NCBI GenBank assembly: GCA_973895155.1
Contig: CCZZQB010000001.1
Span: 1-59,625, forward strand
Direction of reading: 5' to 3'
From: Marsupella aquatica
Lineage: Eukaryota; Plantae; Marchantiophyta
Length of the DNA stretch: 59,625 nt
The notes under the pieces were generated by a model, which worked only from the letters and a program-made list of their open reading frames with translations, made no database searches and was not told where the DNA came from. Below are positions 8,889 through 24,361 of the stretch, piece after piece (within the stretch, counting starts at the first letter, position 1; every line of letters begins with the position of its first letter). The translations under genes and the position numbers were made by a program.

Positions 8889-9367
8889 AAGCTACAGTAG
8901 GGTGGCACTCGCCCCCTGGTACACGCACCCCGAAAATTGCGGGGTACCCCCACCCCTAGCCCCTCCAAAATGCGCACACAACAAACTGGGGGTCAAACTC
9001 ACCCCCAATATTCAATAATCATACCAGTACTTAAAAAACTGGTATGCCACATGTGAAAACTGGGGATGACACTCTAAACCCTAAACCATAAACCCTAAAC
9101 CCTAAACGCTAACCCTTTTTTTTCTTTTTGCTATACTTGTCAAAAAAACGTGCTAGGCGAGCACGTAACGTTCCAAAACGTGCTATTTGCGCAAATCCAC
9201 CAAAATGAAACGTTTTACCAATACTTTAAAAAAGTCAAAATTACATAAAAAGCCAACTACTCGTACCCCTAGTTGTGATCACCGCGTCGCGATAGGAGCG
9301 TGGACTCACTCCTAGTATGCATACATTGGGGGTGATTCACCCCCAATCTTGACCATCCTCACCCCCA
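8889..9367. repeat. Spacer copy 2
   Basis: Same sequence as 3236-3714, offset 5653. Confidence 0.95.
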
Positions 9368-12300
9368 ATGCACGCACCCCCAAAACTGGGGGCCACCCTC
9401 ACCCTCAACCCCCATGGAACCCCTCCCCCACCCTCACCCCCAGCTCGTTACACCCCCAATGCTACATTAGGGTTGCACACGCCCCCATGTGCACGCACCC
9501 CCAAAACTGGGGGCCACCCTCACCCTCAACCCCCATGGAACCCCTCCCCCTCCCTCACCCCCAGCTCGTTACACCCCCAATGCTCAATTAGGGTTGCACA
9601 CGCCCCCATGTGCACGCACCCCCAAAACTGGGGGCCATCCTCACCCTCAACCCCCATGGAACCCCTCCCCCACCCTCACCCCCAGCTCGTTACACCCCCA
9701 ATGCTACAGTAGGGTTGAACAGGCCCCCATGTGCACGCACCCCCAAAACTGGGGGCCATCCTCACCCTCAACCCCCATGGAACCCCTCCCCCACCCTCAC
9801 CCCCAGCTCGTTACACCCCCAATGCTACAGTAGGGTTGCACAGGCCCCCATGTGCACGCACCCCCAAAACTGGGGGCCATCCTCACCCTCAACCCCCATG
9901 GAACCCCTCCCCCACCCTCACCCCCAGCTCGTTACACCCCCAATGCTCAATTAGGGTTGCACACGCCCCCATGTGCACGCACCCCCAAAATTGGGGGCCA
10001 CCCTCACCCTCAACCCCCATGGAACCCCTCCCCCACCCTCACCCCCAGCTCGTTACACCCCCAATGCTCAATTAGGGTTGCACACGCCCCCATGTGCACG
10101 CACCCCCAAAACTGGGGGCCATCCTCACCCTCAACCCCCATGGAACCCCTCCCCCACCCTCACCCCCAGCTCGTTACACCCCCAATGCTACAGTAGGGTT
10201 GCACAGGCCCCCATGTGCACGCACCCCCAAAACTGGGGGCCATCCTCACCCTCAACCCCCATGGAACCCCTCCCCCACCCTCACCCCCAGCTCGTTACAC
10301 CCCCAATGCTCAATTAGGGTTGCACAGGCCCCCATGTGCACGCACCCCCAAAACTGGGGGCCATCCTCACCCTCAACCCCCATGGAACCCCTCCCCCACC
10401 CTCACCCCCAGCTCGTTACACCCCCAATGCTACAGTAGGGTTGCACAGGCCCCCATGTGCACGCACCCCCAAAACTGGGGGCCATCCTCACCCTCAACCC
10501 CCATGGAACCCCTCCCCCACCCTCACCCCCAGCTCGTTACACCCCCAATGCTCAATTAGGGTTGCACACGCCCCCATGTGCACGCACCCCCAAAATTGGG
10601 GGCCACCCTCACCCTCAACCCCCATGGAACCCCTCCCCCACCCTCACCCCCAGCTCGTTACACCCCCAATGCTACAGTAGGGTTGGAGAGGCCCCCATGT
10701 GCACGCACCCCCAAAACTGGGGGCCATCCTCACCCTCAACCCCCATGGAACCCCTCCCCCACCCTCACCCCCAGCTCGTTACACCCCCAATGCTACATTA
10801 GGGTTGCACACGCCCCCATGTGCACGCACCCCCAAAACTGGGGGCCACCCTCACCCTCAACCCCCATGGAACCCCTCCCCCTCCCTCACCCCCAGCTCGT
10901 TACACCCCCAATGCTCAATTAGGGTTGCACACGCCCCCATGTGCACGCACCCCCAAAACTGGGGGCCATCCTCACCCTCAACCCCCATGGAACCCCTCCC
11001 CCACCCTCACCCCCAGCTCGTTACACCCCCAATGCTACAGTAGGGTTGAACAGGCCCCCATGTGCACGCACCCCCAAAACTGGGGGCCATCCTCACCCTC
11101 AACCCCCATGGAACCCCTCCCCCACCCTCACCCCCAGCTCGTTACACCCCCAATGCTACAGTAGGGTTGCACAGGCCCCCATGTGCACGCACCCCCAAAA
11201 CTGGGGGCCATCCTCACCCTCAACCCCCATGGAACCCCTCCCCCACCCTCACCCCCAGCTCGTTACACCCCCAATGCTCAATTAGGGTTGCACACGCCCC
11301 CATGTGCACGCACCCCCAAAATTGGGGGCCACCCTCACCCTCAACCCCCATGGAACCCCTCCCCCACCCTCACCCCCAGCTCGTTACACCCCCAATGCTC
11401 AATTAGGGTTGCACACGCCCCCATGTGCACGCACCCCCAAAACTGGGGGCCATCCTCACCCTCAACCCCCATGGAACCCCTCCCCCACCCTCACCCCCAG
11501 CTCGTTACACCCCCAATGCTACAGTAGGGTTGCACAGGCCCCCATGTGCACGCACCCCCAAAACTGGGGGCCATCCTCACCCTCAACCCCCATGGAACCC
11601 CTCCCCCACCCTCACCCCCAGCTCGTTACACCCCCAATGCTCAATTAGGGTTGCACAGGCCCCCATGTGCACGCACCCCCAAAACTGGGGGCCATCCTCA
11701 CCCTCAACCCCCATGGAACCCCTCCCCCACCCTCACCCCCAGCTCGTTACACCCCCAATGCTACAGTAGGGTTGCACAGGCCCCCATGTGCACGCACCCC
11801 CAAAACTGGGGGCCATCCTCACCCTCAACCCCCATGGAACCCCTCCCCCACCCTCACCCCCAGCTCGTTACACCCCCAATGCTCAATTAGGGTTGCACAC
11901 GCCCCCATGTGCACGCACCCCCAAAATTGGGGGCCACCCTCACCCTCAACCCCCATGGAACCCCTCCCCCACCCTCACCCCCAGCTCGTTACACCCCCAA
12001 TGCTACAGTAGGGTTGGAGAGGCCCCCATGTGCACGCACCCCCAAAACTGGGGGCCATCCTCACCCTCAACCCCCATGGAACCCCTCCCCCACCCTCACC
12101 CCCAGCTCGTTACACCCCCAATGCTCAATTAGGGTTGCACAGGCCCCCATGTGCACGCACCCCCAAAACTGGGGGCCATCCTCACCCTCAACCCCCATGG
12201 AACCCCTCCCCCACCCTCACCCCCAGCTCGTTACACCCCCAATGCTACAGTAGGGTTGCACAGGCCCCCATGTGCACGCACCCCCAAAACTGGGGGCCAT

Positions 12301-13210
12301 CCTCACCCTCAACCCCCATGGAACCCCTCCCCCACCCTCACCCCCAGCTCGTTACACCCCCAATGCTCAATTAGGGTTGCACACGCCCCCATGTGCACGC
12401 ACCCCCAAAATTGGGGGCCACCCTCACCCTCAACCCCCATGGAACCCCTCCCCCACCCTCACCCCCAGCTCGTTACACCCCCAATGCTACAGTAGGGTTG
12501 GAGAGGCCCCCATGTGCACGCACCCCCAAAACTGGGGGCCATCCTCACCCTCAACCCCCATGGAACCCCTCCCCCACCCTCACCCCCAGCTCGTTACACC
12601 CCCAATGCTCAATTAGGGTTGCACACGCCCCCATGTGCACGCACCCCCAAAACTGGGGGCCATCCTCACCCTCAACCCCCATGGAACCCCTCCCCCACCC
12701 TCACCCCCAGCTCGTTACACCCCCAATGCTCAATTAGGGTTGCACACGCCCCCATGTGCACGCACCCCCAAAATTGGGGGCCATCCTCACCCTCAACCCC
12801 CATGGAACCCCTCCCCCACCCTCACCCCCAGCTCGTTACACCCCCAATGCTACAGTAGGGTTGCACACGCCCCCATGTGCACGCACCCCCAAAACTGGGG
12901 GCCACCCTCACCCTCAACCCCCATGGAACCCCTCCCCCACCCTCACCCCCTGCTCGTTACACCCCCAATGCTACAGTAGGGTTGCACACGCCCCCATGTG
13001 CACGCACCCCCAAAACTGGGGGCCACCCTCACCCTCAACCCCCATGGAACCCCTCCCCCACCCTCACCCCCAGCTCGTTACACCCCCAATGCTCAATTAG
13101 GGTTGCACACGCCCCCATGTGCACGCACCCCCAAAACTGGGGGCCACCCTCACCCTCAACCCCCATGGAACCCCTCCCCCACCCTCACCCCCAGCTCGTT
13201 ACACCCCCAA
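9368..13210. repeat. 121-bp array, unit 3 (canonical 4322 bp): k' + 11-mer + a..j + g c d j + tail
   Basis: 31 monomers; j variants at 11907 and 12391 are 484 bp apart. Confidence 0.95.
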
Positions 13211-13689
13211 AAGCTACAGTAGGGTGGCACTCGCCCCCTGGTACACGCACCCCGAAAATTGCGGGGTACCCCCACCCCTAGCCCCTCCAAAATGCGCACA
13301 CAACAAACTGGGGGTCAAACTCACCCCCAATATTCAATAATCATACCAGTACTTAAAAAACTGGTATGCCACATGTGAAAACTGGGGATGACACTCTAAA
13401 CCCTAAACCATAAACCCTAAACCCTAAACGCTAACCCTTTTTTTTCTTTTTGCTATACTTGTCAAAAAAACGTGCTAGGCGAGCACGTAACGTTCCAAAA
13501 CGTGCTATTTGCGCAAATCCACCAAAATGAAACGTTTTACCAATACTTTAAAAAAGTCAAAATTACATAAAAAGCCAACTACTCGTACCCCTAGTTGTGA
13601 TCACCGCGTCGCGATAGGAGCGTGGACTCACTCCTAGTATGCATACATTGGGGGTGATTCACCCCCAATCTTGACCATCCTCACCCCCA
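13211..13689. repeat. Spacer copy 3
   Basis: Same sequence as spacer copy 1. Confidence 0.95.
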
Positions 13690-16600
13690 ATGCACGCACC
13701 CCCAAAACTGGGGGCCACCCTCACCCTCAACCCCCATGGAACCCCTCCCCCACCCTCACCCCCAGCTCGTTACACCCCCAATGCTACATTAGGGTTGCAC
13801 ACGCCCCCATGTGCACGCACCCCCAAAACTGGGGGCCACCCTCACCCTCAACCCCCATGGAACCCCTCCCCCTCCCTCACCCCCAGCTCGTTACACCCCC
13901 AATGCTCAATTAGGGTTGCACACGCCCCCATGTGCACGCACCCCCAAAACTGGGGGCCATCCTCACCCTCAACCCCCATGGAACCCCTCCCCCACCCTCA
14001 CCCCCAGCTCGTTACACCCCCAATGCTACAGTAGGGTTGAACAGGCCCCCATGTGCACGCACCCCCAAAACTGGGGGCCATCCTCACCCTCAACCCCCAT
14101 GGAACCCCTCCCCCACCCTCACCCCCAGCTCGTTACACCCCCAATGCTACAGTAGGGTTGCACAGGCCCCCATGTGCACGCACCCCCAAAACTGGGGGCC
14201 ATCCTCACCCTCAACCCCCATGGAACCCCTCCCCCACCCTCACCCCCAGCTCGTTACACCCCCAATGCTCAATTAGGGTTGCACACGCCCCCATGTGCAC
14301 GCACCCCCAAAATTGGGGGCCACCCTCACCCTCAACCCCCATGGAACCCCTCCCCCACCCTCACCCCCAGCTCGTTACACCCCCAATGCTCAATTAGGGT
14401 TGCACACGCCCCCATGTGCACGCACCCCCAAAACTGGGGGCCATCCTCACCCTCAACCCCCATGGAACCCCTCCCCCACCCTCACCCCCAGCTCGTTACA
14501 CCCCCAATGCTACAGTAGGGTTGCACAGGCCCCCATGTGCACGCACCCCCAAAACTGGGGGCCATCCTCACCCTCAACCCCCATGGAACCCCTCCCCCAC
14601 CCTCACCCCCAGCTCGTTACACCCCCAATGCTCAATTAGGGTTGCACAGGCCCCCATGTGCACGCACCCCCAAAACTGGGGGCCATCCTCACCCTCAACC
14701 CCCATGGAACCCCTCCCCCACCCTCACCCCCAGCTCGTTACACCCCCAATGCTACAGTAGGGTTGCACAGGCCCCCATGTGCACGCACCCCCAAAACTGG
14801 GGGCCATCCTCACCCTCAACCCCCATGGAACCCCTCCCCCACCCTCACCCCCAGCTCGTTACACCCCCAATGCTCAATTAGGGTTGCACACGCCCCCATG
14901 TGCACGCACCCCCAAAATTGGGGGCCACCCTCACCCTCAACCCCCATGGAACCCCTCCCCCACCCTCACCCCCAGCTCGTTACACCCCCAATGCTACAGT
15001 AGGGTTGGAGAGGCCCCCATGTGCACGCACCCCCAAAACTGGGGGCCATCCTCACCCTCAACCCCCATGGAACCCCTCCCCCACCCTCACCCCCAGCTCG
15101 TTACACCCCCAATGCTACATTAGGGTTGCACACGCCCCCATGTGCACGCACCCCCAAAACTGGGGGCCACCCTCACCCTCAACCCCCATGGAACCCCTCC
15201 CCCTCCCTCACCCCCAGCTCGTTACACCCCCAATGCTCAATTAGGGTTGCACACGCCCCCATGTGCACGCACCCCCAAAACTGGGGGCCATCCTCACCCT
15301 CAACCCCCATGGAACCCCTCCCCCACCCTCACCCCCAGCTCGTTACACCCCCAATGCTACAGTAGGGTTGAACAGGCCCCCATGTGCACGCACCCCCAAA
15401 ACTGGGGGCCATCCTCACCCTCAACCCCCATGGAACCCCTCCCCCACCCTCACCCCCAGCTCGTTACACCCCCAATGCTACAGTAGGGTTGCACAGGCCC
15501 CCATGTGCACGCACCCCCAAAACTGGGGGCCATCCTCACCCTCAACCCCCATGGAACCCCTCCCCCACCCTCACCCCCAGCTCGTTACACCCCCAATGCT
15601 CAATTAGGGTTGCACACGCCCCCATGTGCACGCACCCCCAAAATTGGGGGCCACCCTCACCCTCAACCCCCATGGAACCCCTCCCCCACCCTCACCCCCA
15701 GCTCGTTACACCCCCAATGCTCAATTAGGGTTGCACACGCCCCCATGTGCACGCACCCCCAAAACTGGGGGCCATCCTCACCCTCAACCCCCATGGAACC
15801 CCTCCCCCACCCTCACCCCCAGCTCGTTACACCCCCAATGCTACAGTAGGGTTGCACAGGCCCCCATGTGCACGCACCCCCAAAACTGGGGGCCATCCTC
15901 ACCCTCAACCCCCATGGAACCCCTCCCCCACCCTCACCCCCAGCTCGTTACACCCCCAATGCTCAATTAGGGTTGCACAGGCCCCCATGTGCACGCACCC
16001 CCAAAACTGGGGGCCATCCTCACCCTCAACCCCCATGGAACCCCTCCCCCACCCTCACCCCCAGCTCGTTACACCCCCAATGCTACAGTAGGGTTGCACA
16101 GGCCCCCATGTGCACGCACCCCCAAAACTGGGGGCCATCCTCACCCTCAACCCCCATGGAACCCCTCCCCCACCCTCACCCCCAGCTCGTTACACCCCCA
16201 ATGCTCAATTAGGGTTGCACACGCCCCCATGTGCACGCACCCCCAAAATTGGGGGCCACCCTCACCCTCAACCCCCATGGAACCCCTCCCCCACCCTCAC
16301 CCCCAGCTCGTTACACCCCCAATGCTACAGTAGGGTTGGAGAGGCCCCCATGTGCACGCACCCCCAAAACTGGGGGCCATCCTCACCCTCAACCCCCATG
16401 GAACCCCTCCCCCACCCTCACCCCCAGCTCGTTACACCCCCAATGCTCAATTAGGGTTGCACAGGCCCCCATGTGCACGCACCCCCAAAACTGGGGGCCA
16501 TCCTCACCCTCAACCCCCATGGAACCCCTCCCCCACCCTCACCCCCAGCTCGTTACACCCCCAATGCTACAGTAGGGTTGCACAGGCCCCCATGTGCACG

Positions 16601-17532
16601 CACCCCCAAAACTGGGGGCCATCCTCACCCTCAACCCCCATGGAACCCCTCCCCCACCCTCACCCCCAGCTCGTTACACCCCCAATGCTCAATTAGGGTT
16701 GCACACGCCCCCATGTGCACGCACCCCCAAAATTGGGGGCCACCCTCACCCTCAACCCCCATGGAACCCCTCCCCCACCCTCACCCCCAGCTCGTTACAC
16801 CCCCAATGCTACAGTAGGGTTGGAGAGGCCCCCATGTGCACGCACCCCCAAAACTGGGGGCCATCCTCACCCTCAACCCCCATGGAACCCCTCCCCCACC
16901 CTCACCCCCAGCTCGTTACACCCCCAATGCTCAATTAGGGTTGCACACGCCCCCATGTGCACGCACCCCCAAAACTGGGGGCCATCCTCACCCTCAACCC
17001 CCATGGAACCCCTCCCCCACCCTCACCCCCAGCTCGTTACACCCCCAATGCTCAATTAGGGTTGCACACGCCCCCATGTGCACGCACCCCCAAAATTGGG
17101 GGCCATCCTCACCCTCAACCCCCATGGAACCCCTCCCCCACCCTCACCCCCAGCTCGTTACACCCCCAATGCTACAGTAGGGTTGCACACGCCCCCATGT
17201 GCACGCACCCCCAAAACTGGGGGCCACCCTCACCCTCAACCCCCATGGAACCCCTCCCCCACCCTCACCCCCTGCTCGTTACACCCCCAATGCTACAGTA
17301 GGGTTGCACACGCCCCCATGTGCACGCACCCCCAAAACTGGGGGCCACCCTCACCCTCAACCCCCATGGAACCCCTCCCCCACCCTCACCCCCAGCTCGT
17401 TACACCCCCAATGCTCAATTAGGGTTGCACACGCCCCCATGTGCACGCACCCCCAAAACTGGGGGCCACCCTCACCCTCAACCCCCATGGAACCCCTCCC
17501 CCACCCTCACCCCCAGCTCGTTACACCCCCAA
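13690..17532. repeat. 121-bp array, unit 4 (canonical 4322 bp)
   Basis: Same variant order as unit 3. Confidence 0.95.
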
Positions 17533-18011
17533 AAGCTACAGTAGGGTGGCACTCGCCCCCTGGTACACGCACCCCGAAAATTGCGGGGTACCCCCACCCC
17601 TAGCCCCTCCAAAATGCGCACACAACAAACTGGGGGTCAAACTCACCCCCAATATTCAATAATCATACCAGTACTTAAAAAACTGGTATGCCACATGTGA
17701 AAACTGGGGATGACACTCTAAACCCTAAACCATAAACCCTAAACCCTAAACGCTAACCCTTTTTTTTCTTTTTGCTATACTTGTCAAAAAAACGTGCTAG
17801 GCGAGCACGTAACGTTCCAAAACGTGCTATTTGCGCAAATCCACCAAAATGAAACGTTTTACCAATACTTTAAAAAAGTCAAAATTACATAAAAAGCCAA
17901 CTACTCGTACCCCTAGTTGTGATCACCGCGTCGCGATAGGAGCGTGGACTCACTCCTAGTATGCATACATTGGGGGTGATTCACCCCCAATCTTGACCAT
18001 CCTCACCCCCA
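17533..18011. repeat. Spacer copy 4
   Basis: Same sequence as spacer copy 1. Confidence 0.95.
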
Positions 18012-20039
18012 ATGCACGCACCCCCAAAACTGGGGGCCACCCTCACCCTCAACCCCCATGGAACCCCTCCCCCACCCTCACCCCCAGCTCGTTACACCCC
18101 CAATGCTACATTAGGGTTGCACACGCCCCCATGTGCACGCACCCCCAAAACTGGGGGCCACCCTCACCCTCAACCCCCATGGAACCCCTCCCCCTCCCTC
18201 ACCCCCAGCTCGTTACACCCCCAATGCTCAATTAGGGTTGCACACGCCCCCATGTGCACGCACCCCCAAAACTGGGGGCCATCCTCACCCTCAACCCCCA
18301 TGGAACCCCTCCCCCACCCTCACCCCCAGCTCGTTACACCCCCAATGCTACAGTAGGGTTGAACAGGCCCCCATGTGCACGCACCCCCAAAACTGGGGGC
18401 CATCCTCACCCTCAACCCCCATGGAACCCCTCCCCCACCCTCACCCCCAGCTCGTTACACCCCCAATGCTACAGTAGGGTTGCACAGGCCCCCATGTGCA
18501 CGCACCCCCAAAACTGGGGGCCATCCTCACCCTCAACCCCCATGGAACCCCTCCCCCACCCTCACCCCCAGCTCGTTACACCCCCAATGCTCAATTAGGG
18601 TTGCACACGCCCCCATGTGCACGCACCCCCAAAATTGGGGGCCACCCTCACCCTCAACCCCCATGGAACCCCTCCCCCACCCTCACCCCCAGCTCGTTAC
18701 ACCCCCAATGCTCAATTAGGGTTGCACACGCCCCCATGTGCACGCACCCCCAAAACTGGGGGCCATCCTCACCCTCAACCCCCATGGAACCCCTCCCCCA
18801 CCCTCACCCCCAGCTCGTTACACCCCCAATGCTACAGTAGGGTTGCACAGGCCCCCATGTGCACGCACCCCCAAAACTGGGGGCCATCCTCACCCTCAAC
18901 CCCCATGGAACCCCTCCCCCACCCTCACCCCCAGCTCGTTACACCCCCAATGCTCAATTAGGGTTGCACAGGCCCCCATGTGCACGCACCCCCAAAACTG
19001 GGGGCCATCCTCACCCTCAACCCCCATGGAACCCCTCCCCCACCCTCACCCCCAGCTCGTTACACCCCCAATGCTACAGTAGGGTTGCACAGGCCCCCAT
19101 GTGCACGCACCCCCAAAACTGGGGGCCATCCTCACCCTCAACCCCCATGGAACCCCTCCCCCACCCTCACCCCCAGCTCGTTACACCCCCAATGCTCAAT
19201 TAGGGTTGCACACGCCCCCATGTGCACGCACCCCCAAAATTGGGGGCCACCCTCACCCTCAACCCCCATGGAACCCCTCCCCCACCCTCACCCCCAGCTC
19301 GTTACACCCCCAATGCTACAGTAGGGTTGGAGAGGCCCCCATGTGCACGCACCCCCAAAACTGGGGGCCATCCTCACCCTCAACCCCCATGGAACCCCTC
19401 CCCCACCCTCACCCCCAGCTCGTTACACCCCCAATGCTCAATTAGGGTTGCACACGCCCCCATGTGCACGCACCCCCAAAACTGGGGGCCATCCTCACCC
19501 TCAACCCCCATGGAACCCCTCCCCCACCCTCACCCCCAGCTCGTTACACCCCCAATGCTCAATTAGGGTTGCACACGCCCCCATGTGCACGCACCCCCAA
19601 AATTGGGGGCCATCCTCACCCTCAACCCCCATGGAACCCCTCCCCCACCCTCACCCCCAGCTCGTTACACCCCCAATGCTACAGTAGGGTTGCACACGCC
19701 CCCATGTGCACGCACCCCCAAAACTGGGGGCCACCCTCACCCTCAACCCCCATGGAACCCCTCCCCCACCCTCACCCCCTGCTCGTTACACCCCCAATGC
19801 TACAGTAGGGTTGCACACGCCCCCATGTGCACGCACCCCCAAAACTGGGGGCCACCCTCACCCTCAACCCCCATGGAACCCCTCCCCCACCCTCACCCCC
19901 AGCTCGTTACACCCCCAATGCTCAATTAGGGTTGCACACGCCCCCATGTGCACGCACCCCCAAAACTGGGGGCCACCCTCACCCTCAACCCCCATGGAAC
20001 CCCTCCCCCACCCTCACCCCCAGCTCGTTACACCCCCAA
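18012..20039. repeat. 121-bp array, unit 5 (shortest, 2507 bp): k' + a..j + tail
   Basis: 16 monomers. Confidence 0.95.
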
Positions 20040-20518
20040 AAGCTACAGTAGGGTGGCACTCGCCCCCTGGTACACGCACCCCGAAAATTGCGGGGTACCC
20101 CCACCCCTAGCCCCTCCAAAATGCGCACACAACAAACTGGGGGTCAAACTCACCCCCAATATTCAATAATCATACCAGTACTTAAAAAACTGGTATGCCA
20201 CATGTGAAAACTGGGGATGACACTCTAAACCCTAAACCATAAACCCTAAACCCTAAACGCTAACCCTTTTTTTTCTTTTTGCTATACTTGTCAAAAAAAC
20301 GTGCTAGGCGAGCACGTAACGTTCCAAAACGTGCTATTTGCGCAAATCCACCAAAATGAAACGTTTTACCAATACTTTAAAAAAGTCAAAATTACATAAA
20401 AAGCCAACTACTCGTACCCCTAGTTGTGATCACCGCGTCGCGATAGGAGCGTGGACTCACTCCTAGTATGCATACATTGGGGGTGATTCACCCCCAATCT
20501 TGACCATCCTCACCCCCA
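20040..20518. repeat. Spacer copy 5
   Basis: Same sequence as spacer copy 1. Confidence 0.95.
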
Positions 20519-23500
20519 ATGCACGCACCCCCAAAACTGGGGGCCACCCTCACCCTCAACCCCCATGGAACCCCTCCCCCACCCTCACCCCCAGCTCGTT
20601 ACACCCCCAATGCTACATTAGGGTTGCACACGCCCCCATGTGCACGCACCCCCAAAACTGGGGGCCACCCTCACCCTCAACCCCCATGGAACCCCTCCCC
20701 CTCCCTCACCCCCAGCTCGTTACACCCCCAATGCTCAATTAGGGTTGCACACGCCCCCATGTGCACGCACCCCCAAAACTGGGGGCCATCCTCACCCTCA
20801 ACCCCCATGGAACCCCTCCCCCACCCTCACCCCCAGCTCGTTACACCCCCAATGCTACAGTAGGGTTGAACAGGCCCCCATGTGCACGCACCCCCAAAAC
20901 TGGGGGCCATCCTCACCCTCAACCCCCATGGAACCCCTCCCCCACCCTCACCCCCAGCTCGTTACACCCCCAATGCTACAGTAGGGTTGCACAGGCCCCC
21001 ATGTGCACGCACCCCCAAAACTGGGGGCCATCCTCACCCTCAACCCCCATGGAACCCCTCCCCCACCCTCACCCCCAGCTCGTTACACCCCCAATGCTCA
21101 ATTAGGGTTGCACACGCCCCCATGTGCACGCACCCCCAAAATTGGGGGCCACCCTCACCCTCAACCCCCATGGAACCCCTCCCCCACCCTCACCCCCAGC
21201 TCGTTACACCCCCAATGCTCAATTAGGGTTGCACACGCCCCCATGTGCACGCACCCCCAAAACTGGGGGCCATCCTCACCCTCAACCCCCATGGAACCCC
21301 TCCCCCACCCTCACCCCCAGCTCGTTACACCCCCAATGCTACAGTAGGGTTGCACAGGCCCCCATGTGCACGCACCCCCAAAACTGGGGGCCATCCTCAC
21401 CCTCAACCCCCATGGAACCCCTCCCCCACCCTCACCCCCAGCTCGTTACACCCCCAATGCTCAATTAGGGTTGCACAGGCCCCCATGTGCACGCACCCCC
21501 AAAACTGGGGGCCATCCTCACCCTCAACCCCCATGGAACCCCTCCCCCACCCTCACCCCCAGCTCGTTACACCCCCAATGCTACAGTAGGGTTGCACAGG
21601 CCCCCATGTGCACGCACCCCCAAAACTGGGGGCCATCCTCACCCTCAACCCCCATGGAACCCCTCCCCCACCCTCACCCCCAGCTCGTTACACCCCCAAT
21701 GCTCAATTAGGGTTGCACACGCCCCCATGTGCACGCACCCCCAAAATTGGGGGCCACCCTCACCCTCAACCCCCATGGAACCCCTCCCCCACCCTCACCC
21801 CCAGCTCGTTACACCCCCAATGCTACAGTAGGGTTGGAGAGGCCCCCATGTGCACGCACCCCCAAAACTGGGGGCCATCCTCACCCTCAACCCCCATGGA
21901 ACCCCTCCCCCACCCTCACCCCCAGCTCGTTACACCCCCAATGCTACATTAGGGTTGCACACGCCCCCATGTGCACGCACCCCCAAAACTGGGGGCCACC
22001 CTCACCCTCAACCCCCATGGAACCCCTCCCCCTCCCTCACCCCCAGCTCGTTACACCCCCAATGCTCAATTAGGGTTGCACACGCCCCCATGTGCACGCA
22101 CCCCCAAAACTGGGGGCCATCCTCACCCTCAACCCCCATGGAACCCCTCCCCCACCCTCACCCCCAGCTCGTTACACCCCCAATGCTACAGTAGGGTTGA
22201 ACAGGCCCCCATGTGCACGCACCCCCAAAACTGGGGGCCATCCTCACCCTCAACCCCCATGGAACCCCTCCCCCACCCTCACCCCCAGCTCGTTACACCC
22301 CCAATGCTACAGTAGGGTTGCACAGGCCCCCATGTGCACGCACCCCCAAAACTGGGGGCCATCCTCACCCTCAACCCCCATGGAACCCCTCCCCCACCCT
22401 CACCCCCAGCTCGTTACACCCCCAATGCTCAATTAGGGTTGCACACGCCCCCATGTGCACGCACCCCCAAAATTGGGGGCCACCCTCACCCTCAACCCCC
22501 ATGGAACCCCTCCCCCACCCTCACCCCCAGCTCGTTACACCCCCAATGCTCAATTAGGGTTGCACACGCCCCCATGTGCACGCACCCCCAAAACTGGGGG
22601 CCATCCTCACCCTCAACCCCCATGGAACCCCTCCCCCACCCTCACCCCCAGCTCGTTACACCCCCAATGCTACAGTAGGGTTGCACAGGCCCCCATGTGC
22701 ACGCACCCCCAAAACTGGGGGCCATCCTCACCCTCAACCCCCATGGAACCCCTCCCCCACCCTCACCCCCAGCTCGTTACACCCCCAATGCTCAATTAGG
22801 GTTGCACAGGCCCCCATGTGCACGCACCCCCAAAACTGGGGGCCATCCTCACCCTCAACCCCCATGGAACCCCTCCCCCACCCTCACCCCCAGCTCGTTA
22901 CACCCCCAATGCTACAGTAGGGTTGCACAGGCCCCCATGTGCACGCACCCCCAAAACTGGGGGCCATCCTCACCCTCAACCCCCATGGAACCCCTCCCCC
23001 ACCCTCACCCCCAGCTCGTTACACCCCCAATGCTCAATTAGGGTTGCACACGCCCCCATGTGCACGCACCCCCAAAATTGGGGGCCACCCTCACCCTCAA
23101 CCCCCATGGAACCCCTCCCCCACCCTCACCCCCAGCTCGTTACACCCCCAATGCTACAGTAGGGTTGGAGAGGCCCCCATGTGCACGCACCCCCAAAACT
23201 GGGGGCCATCCTCACCCTCAACCCCCATGGAACCCCTCCCCCACCCTCACCCCCAGCTCGTTACACCCCCAATGCTCAATTAGGGTTGCACAGGCCCCCA
23301 TGTGCACGCACCCCCAAAACTGGGGGCCATCCTCACCCTCAACCCCCATGGAACCCCTCCCCCACCCTCACCCCCAGCTCGTTACACCCCCAATGCTACA
23401 GTAGGGTTGCACAGGCCCCCATGTGCACGCACCCCCAAAACTGGGGGCCATCCTCACCCTCAACCCCCATGGAACCCCTCCCCCACCCTCACCCCCAGCT

Positions 23501-24361
23501 CGTTACACCCCCAATGCTCAATTAGGGTTGCACACGCCCCCATGTGCACGCACCCCCAAAATTGGGGGCCACCCTCACCCTCAACCCCCATGGAACCCCT
23601 CCCCCACCCTCACCCCCAGCTCGTTACACCCCCAATGCTACAGTAGGGTTGGAGAGGCCCCCATGTGCACGCACCCCCAAAACTGGGGGCCATCCTCACC
23701 CTCAACCCCCATGGAACCCCTCCCCCACCCTCACCCCCAGCTCGTTACACCCCCAATGCTCAATTAGGGTTGCACACGCCCCCATGTGCACGCACCCCCA
23801 AAACTGGGGGCCATCCTCACCCTCAACCCCCATGGAACCCCTCCCCCACCCTCACCCCCAGCTCGTTACACCCCCAATGCTCAATTAGGGTTGCACACGC
23901 CCCCATGTGCACGCACCCCCAAAATTGGGGGCCATCCTCACCCTCAACCCCCATGGAACCCCTCCCCCACCCTCACCCCCAGCTCGTTACACCCCCAATG
24001 CTACAGTAGGGTTGCACACGCCCCCATGTGCACGCACCCCCAAAACTGGGGGCCACCCTCACCCTCAACCCCCATGGAACCCCTCCCCCACCCTCACCCC
24101 CTGCTCGTTACACCCCCAATGCTACAGTAGGGTTGCACACGCCCCCATGTGCACGCACCCCCAAAACTGGGGGCCACCCTCACCCTCAACCCCCATGGAA
24201 CCCCTCCCCCACCCTCACCCCCAGCTCGTTACACCCCCAATGCTCAATTAGGGTTGCACACGCCCCCATGTGCACGCACCCCCAAAACTGGGGGCCACCC
24301 TCACCCTCAACCCCCATGGAACCCCTCCCCCACCCTCACCCCCAGCTCGTTACACCCCCAA
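20519..24361. repeat. 121-bp array, unit 6 (canonical 4322 bp)
   Basis: Same variant order as unit 3. Confidence 0.95.
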
